A DNA stretch of 64,000 nt from Tubiluchus corallicola (lineage: Eukaryota > Animalia > Priapulida): NCBI GenBank assembly GCA_030141605.1, contig JAQGDQ010000788.1, positions 1 through 64,000 of the forward strand, given 5' to 3'. Positions within the stretch are counted from its first letter, which is position 1, and the number at the start of each line of letters is the position of its first letter. The notes beneath the pieces are model-generated. The model made no database searches. It was not told the origin of the DNA and was given only the letters and a program-made list of their open reading frames with translations. A program made the translations under genes and the position numbers. Shown here piece after piece: positions 54,436-64,000 of this stretch.

Positions 54436-56726
54436 TCTTTGTTTCGATGTAGAATGTTTCTTTAAAGACTAGTTTTTATTTGTCTCTTCTAATTTCTGCT
54501 TAATGGGTCAACAAATAAATTAGAATCTTCTGATCTTTCACCGTCCCTCTCGCCATTTTATTCAAGCCGCCTTTCTTTACAACTATAATTACTGCCTTAG
54601 ACAAACGGAACAGTAAAGCAGCCAGATTGAAAAAAAATTATATCTCTTGGAAGCAGAAAAAGTACGTAATGTAATGTAAGTTTGTGCTCAGATTAATTTT
54701 TTCCACGACTGCCTGACTTAGAAAGATTAAGATGTTTCAAAATTACCTAAAGATGTGCTCTTCCTTCTATAAAATCGCAAAGAACCCCTTTTTCTTGACT
54801 CACAAATCTTGGCTATCAGCAAGATTACTTCGTATACAGACCTGTCCCTAGCGGATCGCTGCGTTATTTCAACGTGCTCTCGATTAAATCTTAGTAATAT
54901 TACACAGATCAGACGAATTGAATTTAATCTTAATCTTCTTATAACGAAGTCAGTCCCGGATAAACGGGGTTCGATTTTTCCTCTCAAAATTAATGCAAAA
55001 TGTAACAACGTTTGCGATTGACAAAAGTAGAAAATTTTTTTTGGTTGTACAGTATAAAAATAATGGGATTCGCTCTTTCACCATTTTCCTTTTAATTCTT
55101 CAAAGACTTTAGCAAGTGGGCTTATGTTATAGGCTAGTATAGGTAGCAACCTGTGGCCATCCAAGCTGGGGGGGTGGGGGTGGGTGGTGATGGGGCTCAA
55201 GCTTTGCTAACATTTGGCAAAAATCCATTTTTTTCTCCACTTGGGTTGAAATATGCGGTAATTTTACCAGCAATAAACAGCAAAATACTGGTATTTCTCG
55301 CAGAATATTTTTATTGACAAACAAAAAATAGTTATTCTAGTTTGTTTAAAAAATTTCAGTAAATTTACTTCAAGTTGCGTAAATGTTGTTAAAATGTATG
55401 ACGAGCGAAAAATATTGAGCGCTGGTGTGGGCGAGGTAGAGGGTGTTTTCCATGTGAGGGAGGGACAGAATTTCTTTAGGTCATAACGCGTCACTGCACG
55501 TCACGAGTACTAATTATAAAGGCGAAATTAATTACTAAATTTTATCTGTTTAACCATGAATGTCAGATTTAGGTTGCTCAAATTTTGTGCAAATAAATTC
55601 GTACAGATGTCACTTATTGTGTAGTGTGAAATTATTACACTTAGGGTGAATATCATTCTAGTGTAGGCCTATTTGTATAATTTGTTACTTTAAATTATCT
55701 AACAGCCACTAAATAAGTCTGTGAACAAAACGACTATCTGAAAATACGATAATCCGAAAATATGGGGGTTGATCATAATTTGAACAAAATTTTATTATAA
55801 AAAGTCCTTTATAAAAATAATAATAGAATTAATTGTTGCCTAAAACTTCTTGTGTTTCATAATTACGTTGAAGCAGTTTACCAGACAAATTCGGAAGTTC
55901 ATATCTTCGTTGGTTGAACACTAAAATATTAAAGTAAATAGTTTTGAAGAATCTCCAAGAGAGAGAGGAGGTTACTGACATTGCTAAGACAGCGCTCTTT
56001 TCCGTTTTGTTTCTGATTTTGCTTTTTATTAGTTTCATTTTCAAATAAGTTTATTAAAAAAACTTTATTCTGAAATTCACCTGTTCCGTCACGACAAATG
56101 AAGCCTTCAGTTTACCCACTTTTCTTAGTCTTACTAGATTACAATCCGTAATTATTTTACAAAATCTCTCGCAGAACCCGGAATAAATATCGTAGCGCCA
56201 TATTATATAACATTTTGTTCATAACATAAGAGAAATTGTAGGGTCAATTTGCCGACTTACCCCCAAAAAGTGCAAGAAAACGTTTTTTTATATCATTTGC
56301 TGCAGTGAATAACATATCCAAATTAGGCCGAAATTAGGGCCTAATTGTGACGTCAAAAAAGATGGCCGCCATTTGAGCAAATCAGAATAATGAAAAAATG
56401 TGCATTTTGACTCAAAAACTTTAAACTTTGCATAGTGCTAGAGCTTATTAAGGTGATTAATTTTGATTATTTAGTCAATCGGAATTCGGCCGAAATTTTC
56501 AATATAATCAACTACGTGGCTGTTATTAGCTTATAAGGGCTATATTTTAGCTACCTAACGCTTTCTTGCATTTGGGGGGGGTGGTAGGGCTATTATTTCC
56601 AATTTATTGACCTTAGTAAAAGTAAAAATTGCGCGCGAACACTTTCAGATTGCACTTGCTAAACACAAAACAACAAATTCAAGTTCTAAAAACATAACCT
56701 TTGTCACTGGAATATAAATTCAGTAA

Positions 56727-57364
56727 AATTCATGAATAGTTTTTCATTGTTTATCAACAAGTCAATGGGAAACAGACGCTGTCTTACCTTGTAACATAAT
56801 TCATGAATAGTTTTTCATTGCTTATCAACAAGTCAAAGGAAACAGACGCTGTCTTACCTTGTAACATAATTCATGAATAGTTTTTCATTGTTTATCAACA
56901 AGTCAAAGGAAATCAGACGCTGTCTTACCTTGTAACATAATTCATGAATAGTTTTTCATTGTTTATCAACAAGTCAAAGGAAATCAGACGCTGTCTTACC
57001 TTGTAACATAATTCATGAATAGTTTTTCATTGTTTATCAACAAGTCAAAGGAAATCAGACGCTGTCTTACCTTGTAACATAATTCATGAATAGTTTTTCA
57101 TTGTTTATCAACAAGTCAATGGGAAACAGACGCTGTCTTACTTGTAACATAATTCATGAATAGTTTTTCATTGTTTATCAACAAGTCAATGGGAAACAGA
57201 CGCTGTCTTACTTGTAACATAATTCATGAATAGTTTTTCATTGTTTATCAACAAGTCAATGGGAAATCAGACGCTGTCTTACCTTGTAACATAATTCATG
57301 AATAGTTTTTCATTGTTTATCAACAAGTCAATGGGAAATCAGACGCTGTCTTACCTTGTAACAT
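56727..57364 (-). repeat. ~71-bp tandem repeat (9 copies) that contains the exon-1 splice donor
   Basis: Minus-strand unit ATGTTACAAG|GTAAGACAGCGTCTG...TTCATGAATT. The first unit overlaps the end of exon 57551-57355. Confidence 0.92.
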
Positions 57365-57551
57365 TGGATTTAGCGAAGCTAGCCGCTTCTACCGGCGGCC
57401 GTAACACTTTGTCCTTGAAGACGGCAAAACTTCTTCCCAAACCACTAGTCGGTGCACCGTTTCCCATCTCGTACAACTCGTATCCGCCCGTTCCTGTCCT
57501 GGGTTCATCAGCTGGGAACGTTCCCGGTCCATATCCGTTCACTCCCGGCAT
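57355..57551 (-). CDS. First coding exon of a host gene, tentatively a vesicular glutamate transporter (SLC17A6/7/8-like)
   Basis: Start context aaaaATG, GC-rich coding-like sequence, 197 nt, ending AG|GTAAGA (phase 2). SFAVFKDKVLRPPVEA resembles human VGLUT3 AFDTFKEKILKPGKEG as I recall it, and vertebrate VGLUT exon 1 also ends in a split Arg codon. The exon is likely real; its identity is less certain. Confidence 0.6.
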
Positions 57552-58020
57552 TTTTCACTTGAAAACTTCACGCGTAAGAATAGCGGATGGATGATTTTGT
57601 GAAAGACGCGTGAAAAGAAGCCAGCCAGCGCGCTAATGCAAACAGCTATTGTTGTTAAATTCCGTCACGAATTAGGGGCAACAATGCGCCCTACTCACAC
57701 CACGTTTTCCTGTCCACATTGTTGCTTTTTTAAACTTTTCACAAATTTTTCTCTCTAAAGTTTCGCTCCGTTTTACACTCCCATCTCTTGTCATCAGTTG
57801 GGCACGAAGAAGCCAAAGAAAAGCTTCCGCAGAGGAGCTGATGATGTCATGCGTGGGCTGAGGAAGCCCTTGGACCTTTGTAATTCACCCGGTGGCTGGT
57901 GCAACAATAGCAGAAGTAGGAAAAGCGCGAGAATGGAATAAAGTATGCAGTGGAATCAACGCCCACTGACTGTCTAATGATTGGCTATCTACAGTCACGT
58001 GATCTATCTATTACGCGCCT
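57552..58020 (-). promoter_or_regulatory. Putative 5' UTR and promoter of the minus-strand gene
   Basis: Repeat-free, CpG-richer region upstream of the ATG, with CCAAT (attgg ~57980) and a palindromic tcacgtga E-box (~57995). Confidence 0.4.
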
Positions 58021-58472
58021 CCATTAGCGACTATTAAATTAGTATGTTTCGCACCTATAATATAAGCCTGCAATTATGAACCTGTCTGCCATGCTCTTGT
58101 TTTTACTCGTAGATGCTTTCAAAACGACTTCCCACTTTCTCACTGCGAGACACTCAGATAATTCTCAGTCTGCGCAGCCGGGTCTCCTGTTGCAATTTTC
58201 ACAGCGCAGAAGAATTGTTTAACGCAAACAATTTCCAGCCGCAAACAACTCGTCTGGCACCGAGGAAGCGAGTTTTTTCGCCTTAGATTCGACAAATTTA
58301 ATTCAGAGGTGGCAATCGCGGGATTCGTTTTAATTTGGGATGAGGAACATGGTTTGATCCAGGTTCCAGAATCGGGATCGATGAAAATGCGTGATCCAAT
58401 ACTGTTCAAAATTGTACCGTTGTACTATACAAATTAGGCATTGTATCGCTATATCATCTAATGTACTATTTA

Positions 58473-59105
58473 GTTAGCTTAAACATAATTTATTTAGGAT
58501 TGGATCAGACAGTTTGTACAGCATGATTGAAGATCCTCACCACAACAGACTTTATACACTATTTACAAGAACATTTACAGTAAGAATAAACTATACTTAG
58601 TTTTTAGTATACTTTAGTATACTAAAGTTTTACTACAATGATACATTAGACATTAGTAAAAAATGACTGTTAGTAAATATTAATGTACGATTATTTAAGA
58701 CTGATGCATTTCATATCAGATAGAAACTACTGGAAGCGTTTAGTACGTAATATAAAGTCATGTATACATTGGAATATTTTACAGTTAGCAACATAGTTAA
58801 ATTCATCTTTTCCGAATAATAACAACTTCAACAGATCATTAGTTCCTAAGGCAGCTATATTAAGGTTTTCAGGCAGAAGTATTTCATTTAGTTTATCAAA
58901 CATAACAACCCTAGTTTGTTGATACAATGGGCAGTGCAACAAAAAGTGTTCAACAGACTCAAATCGAAATCCACAGTTACAATTCGGCAATATTGGATGA
59001 CCGTTATTATCTTTACAGCCTTTAGAGAAAAGGTCATAGTTTAGCTGAGAAAATCCGATTCTCATGCGCGTATGATGCACTGATATTGGAGGTTTACCAA
59101 ATGAA
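58473..59105 (-). mobile_element. 5'-truncated LINE (CR1-group-like, CCHC) with a 13-bp TSD
   Basis: Peptide HTRMRIGFSQLNYDLF...PNCNCGFRFESVEHFLLHCPLY. The TSD aatgtactattta lies at 58460-58472 and 59106-59118. Confidence 0.9.
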
Positions 59106-59261
59106 AATGTACTATTTAAATTCAAATATTAAAGGAAAAGACAAATCACATACCACATTGTCTTCATTTTACTGTCATCATTTAAACTAATGAAAATACA
59201 ACAAATAATTACGCACTCAAACTGCCTATAAAGCGGTAGGGAATGGAAATTTGTAGCCACC

Positions 59262-59590
59262 ATTCACGTGAAAATTATGACGTAACTGGTGGACTTTGTG
59301 ATTTTTCGTAAGCGCATTATGACTTTGCTCAAGCGCTTGCTGCTTAAACTAGTTCAAATTTCTGCAACAGCTTAGCTAATGTTCTTGCAAAAATATACAA
59401 AATTTGTTGTGCATTTTTTCGTAAAAACCTACCATACTTTCGAAAGTAGACCGCGCGATGCCTTTCTTCTGTCAATGACCGTTCAAAATGGGAGCGCGCA
59501 AGCGTCAAATAATCGCGACTTCAAACTGATTTTACTAAATATAGGTGTCGCTTTTCACACTTTTGTTACTAAAACCTTCTGACATTTGAG
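59262..59590 (+). mobile_element. Family D copy
   Basis: Colinear with 51565-51900. Confidence 0.7.
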
Positions 59591-59817
59591 CCTAACGTCC
59601 CTGAGGGGTTGAGCTTTCCTTTAACAAGCCATTTAATTTCTTACAATCATCTTGTAATAAAACAAGGCAAAATCATCCTCTGAAGCTTTCGTGTGTCGAA
59701 CTTGGACATTTTTTGTCAATTGCCGAGTTGTACAGTTTTGGAACTCATTGCCTGTATAATTATGTTCATGTCGTGACTGCACAAAATACTGAGTTACTTA
59801 AAAGCTGCTTAAATAAC

Positions 59818-60315
59818 GGCGCGTTGACACTAACCAGTATTCTCGCCAAGTTAACTTGCCAAATAACTCGCAAACGTGTTCAGACTAGAGAGCAAAACTT
59901 TCAGCGAGTTACTCTCTGACAGTAAGCACGAGCCGACACTCACTTCTCTACACTCTCAATGAAGTGTCCAGAGTAACTCGCCGAGGAGTTCACACTAGAC
60001 AGTAACTCACAAGCGTGTTTAGACTAGAGAGCAAAACTTGCTGCGAGTTACTCTGTGACAGTAAGCGCGAGCCGACACTCACTTCTCTATTCACTGCGAG
60101 AAGTGTAGAGAGTAACTAGCTAAGACGTTCACACTAGACAGTAACTCACAAGCGTGTTCAGACTAGAGAGCAAAACTTGCAGCGAGTTACTCTCTGACAG
60201 CAAGTGCAAGCCGACACTCACTTCTCTACACTCTGCAAGAAGTGTCGAGAGTAACTCGCCTCACACCAGACAGTAACTCGCCGAGGCGTTCACACTAGAC
60301 AGTAACTCGCAGGAA
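59818..60315 (-). mobile_element. Harbinger-like element related to 19872-20380, with ~140-bp internal tandem units
   Basis: It starts ggcgcgttgacact, and cgtgttcagactagagagcaaaactt recurs at ~59875, 60014 and 60153. Confidence 0.65.
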
Positions 60316-60699
60316 ACTAACTCCCTGCAAATGTATTGACTACATTATTTTAAGTGTGTCATTGTTTTTTCAGGATTATATTGAATGTAAAATGAGTTAA
60401 CGTTTTGTTTCGAAAACAGCGATTAAGAGATGACTTTTTAAACGTTCCCTTTGATTGCTCTGCAGGAAGCATGTGCTTTAATCTCGCATTGTCTTATTTT
60501 GACGTCATTTTACGGAAAACTACTTACAGTCTAAAGATACGTCTTTTTAGTAGTCATAACAGTTTGATAAAGGAAATTTTTAACTGTGATTGTATCTTTT
60601 TATCTAGAATTTATCAATATTGGATAAATCTGTTATATCCAGAAAACATCTATTGATTTTAAATCATCAATCTTAAATCTTTAATTTAATAATTATATA

Positions 60700-61231
60700 G
60701 GTTTTACACGTCAAATGTAGACACAGGAAAGTTCAAATGTGACTTAGGTAAGTCAAATGTAGACATAGGAATTTCGAATGTGTTTTGGTAACTCAAATGT
60801 AACTTAGGTAAGTCAAATGTAGACACAGGAAAGTTCAAATGTGACTTAGGTAAGTCAAATGTAGACACAGGAAAGTTCAAATGTGACTTAGGTAAGTCAA
60901 ATGTAGACATAGGAATTTCGAATGTGTTTTGGTAACTCAAATGCGACTTAGGTAAGTCAAATGTAGACACAGGAAAGTTCAAATGTGACTTAGGTAAGTC
61001 AAATGTAGACATAGGAAAGTTCAAATGTGACTTAGGTAAGTCAAATGTAAACATAGAACATTTGACTTGACATGTGTCTGCATTTGAGTTACCAAAAACG
61101 CTTAAGATTTCTTGAAAACCATTGTTAACACATTTGAACTACCAAAGTCTACATTTGAGTTACCGAGACACATTTGAATTACCTAACTCTACATTTGAGT
61201 TAACGCAGGTCTACATTTGACATGTAAAACC
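60700..61231 (+). mobile_element. MITE family A, complete termini with expanded subterminal repeats and a deleted core
   Basis: tata|ggttttacacg...catgtaaaacc|tata. Confidence 0.9.
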
Positions 61232-61494
61232 TATAATCTTTAATCGTATTTTGCCAAATTTTTAATCCCTAAATACTTTCATTATGGTAGGATTTTATGT
61301 GTGTGTCACGTGGTAGCTATTGTACACATGTGGTAGTTTTTATTGTATACGTTTGTTGATATTACGGGTTTTTATCTGGAATAAAGTGCATCTTATCTTT
61401 TTTTTATATAAAAACACTATTTTTCAGTACGAGGAGGAATGTTTTGGCGAGTACTTTACTTTCTATGCTCAAAAAACAACTGCAATTTATATGA

Positions 61495-63276
61495 ATAAAG
61501 TTTCAAATTGTTTTCGTAGATTCGTATTGTTAGCTGGTAAACGATTCCCAAATTGTTTGCGTAGATTCGTATTGTTAGCTGGTAATCGATTCCCAAATTG
61601 TTTGCATAGATTCGTATTATTAGCTGGTAACCGATTCCCAAATTGTTTGCATAGATTCGTATTGTTAGCTGGTAATCGATTCCCAAATTGTTTGCATAGA
61701 TTCGTATTGTTAGCTGGTAATCGATTCCCAAATTGTTTGCATAGATTCGTATTGTTAGCTGGTAATCGATTCCCAAATTGTTTGCATAGATTCGTATTGT
61801 TAGCTGGTAATCGATTCCCAAATTGTTTGCATAGATTCGTAATGTTAGCTGGTAATCGATTCCCAAATTGTTTGCATAGATTCGTATTGTTAGCTGGTAA
61901 TCGATTCCCAAATTGTTTGCATAGATTCGTATTGTTAGCTGGTAATCGATTCCCAAATTGTTTGCATAGATTCGTATTGTTAGCTGGTAATCGATTCCCA
62001 AATTGTTTGCATAGATTCGTATTGTTAGCTGGTAATCGATTCCCAAATTGTTTGCATAGATTCGTATTGTTAGCTGGTAATCGATTCCCAAATTGTTTGC
62101 ATAGATTCGTATTGTTAGCTGGTAATCGATTCCCAAATTGTGTGCATAGATTCGTATTGTTAGCTGGTAATCGATTCCCAAATTGTTTGCATAGATTCGT
62201 ATTATTAGCTGGTAATCGATTCTCAAATTGTTTGCATAGATTCGTATTGTTAGCTGGTAAACGATTCTCAAATTGTTTGCATAGATTCGTATTGTTAGCT
62301 GGCAAACGATTCTCAAATTGTTTGCATAGATTCGTATTGTTAGCCGGTAATCGATTCCCAAATTGTTTGCATAGATTCGTATTGTTAGCCGGTAATCGAT
62401 TCCCAAATTGTTTGCATAGATTCGTATTGTTAGCTGGTAAACAATTCTCAAATTGTTTGCATAGATTCGTATTATTAGCTGGTAATCGATTCCCAAATTG
62501 TTTGCATAGATTCCTATTGTTAGCTGGTAATCGATTCTCAAATTGTTTGCATAGATTCGTATTGTTAGCTGGTAATCGATTCTCAAATTGTTTGCATAGA
62601 TTCGTATTGTTAGCTGGTAATCGATTCCCAAATTGTTTGCATAGATTCGTATTGTTAGCTGGTAATCGATTCCCAAATTGTTTGCATAGATTCGTATTGT
62701 TAGCTGGTAATCGATTCTCAAATTGTTTGCATAGATTCGTATTGTTAGCTGGTAATCGATTCCCAAATTGTTTGCATAGATTCGTATTGTTAGCTGGTAA
62801 TCGATTACCAAATTGTTTGCATAGATTCGCATTGTTAGCTGGTAATCGATTCTCAAATTGTTTGCATAGATTCCTATTGTTAGCTGGTAATCGATTCCCA
62901 AATTGTTTGCATAGATTCGTATTGTTAGCTGGTAATCGATTCTCAAATTGTTTGCATAGATTCGTATTGTTAGCTGGTAATCGATTCTCAAATTGTTTGC
63001 ATAGATTCGTATTGTTAGCTGGTAATCGATTCTCAAATTGTTTGCATAGATTCGTATTGTTAGCTGGTAATCGATTCCCAAATTGTTTGCATAGATTCGT
63101 ATTGTTAGCTGGTAATCGATTCTCAAATTGTTTGCATAGATTCGTATTGTTAGCTGGTAATCGATTCTCAAATTGTTTGCATAGATTCGTATTGTTAGCT
63201 GGTAATCGATTCCCAAATTGTTTGCATAGATTCGTATTGTTAGCTGGTAATCGATTCCCAAATTGTTTGCATAGAT
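61495..63276. repeat. 45-bp minisatellite (~39 copies)
   Basis: Unit caaattgtttgcatagattcgtattgttagctggtaatcgattcc. Confidence 0.97.
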
Positions 63277-63599
63277 TTAAAAAGAAGACTGGTTAAATGT
63301 AGTAGTTTCAACACTCACCCCAAGATGTCGGCGAGCGGCATGATTAGTCCACTGTTAGTACAAAGTGTTCTATCGTAAAAGCCCAACATAAAGAAAATTA
63401 CTCTTATTTGTTCAAGGTTTTTTAGCATAAGCCGTTGTGACACCTGTGCGGGTACTATTATTTTCGTTTTGGTCACATTAGCATAACTGACAAGTAATCT
63501 TTAATTGGTACTAAGCAGTTATTAATTACCACTTTTAGTGTATTAAGCTGGACGCCTGTTTTATTAACAAATTGACATGCATGGTGGTACTTGAGAGAT

Positions 63600-63762
63600 G
63601 GAAAAGGGAGCGAGAGAGGGGGTGGGAGGGAGAAAGATGGATGTGTGGATGGGTGGATGGATAGGTGGATCAATGGATGGATGGATGGGTGGATGGATGG
63701 ATATGAGTTGAGTGGATGGATGAACGGATGGTTGGATGGAAGGATGGACGGACAGACAATAA

Positions 63763-63805
<43 letters not shown>

Positions 63806-63809
63806 GAGA

Positions 63810-63893
<84 letters not shown>

Positions 63894-63894
63894 C

Positions 63895-63951
<57 letters not shown>

Positions 63952-64000
63952 GGGGGGAGAGAGAGAGTCAGACAGACAGAGAGAGAGAGAGAGACGGAGA
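63600..64000. repeat. (GGAT)n and (AG)n microsatellites
   Basis: Direct reading. Confidence 0.95.

Noticed and set aside
57757-57800. CTGATGA...GAAA on the minus strand as a possible hammerhead ribozyme
   Set aside because: Stem II cannot close (C opposite C) and there are no convincing stems I or III.
61320-63296. 658-aa, 601-aa and 272-aa ORFs, one with TPR-like NNLG repeats
   Set aside because: They are translations of a 45-bp tandem unit that lacks stops in several frames. Variation is not codon-biased and no splice or start context was found.

Overview
AT-rich, repeat-dense animal nuclear DNA, probably an invertebrate and possibly a chordate. It is not prokaryotic: there are no operons or CRISPR arrays, and almost every long ORF in the track is an artefact of micro- or minisatellites. 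The best host-gene signal is a minus-strand first coding exon (57551-57355). It resembles the N-terminus of vesicular glutamate transporters (SLC17A6/8), ends in the same phase-2 Arg codon, and its splice donor has been amplified into a ~71-bp tandem array. A few other exon candidates are weak. The rest is a mosaic of 5'-truncated LINEs (L2, CR1-group, RTE and others, some with exact TSDs), DNA-transposon MITEs (piggyBac-, Harbinger- and Kolobok-like, plus a TATA-flanked family), a dozen minisatellites and many compound microsatellites. The most unusual element is a chimeric SINE made of a full 5S rRNA head, an unknown segment, and the 5' and 3' ends of an RTE LINE. It is present as one full copy and one doubly truncated copy, both with TSDs. 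Family assignments come from motif recognition by eye and recall, not from database searches.
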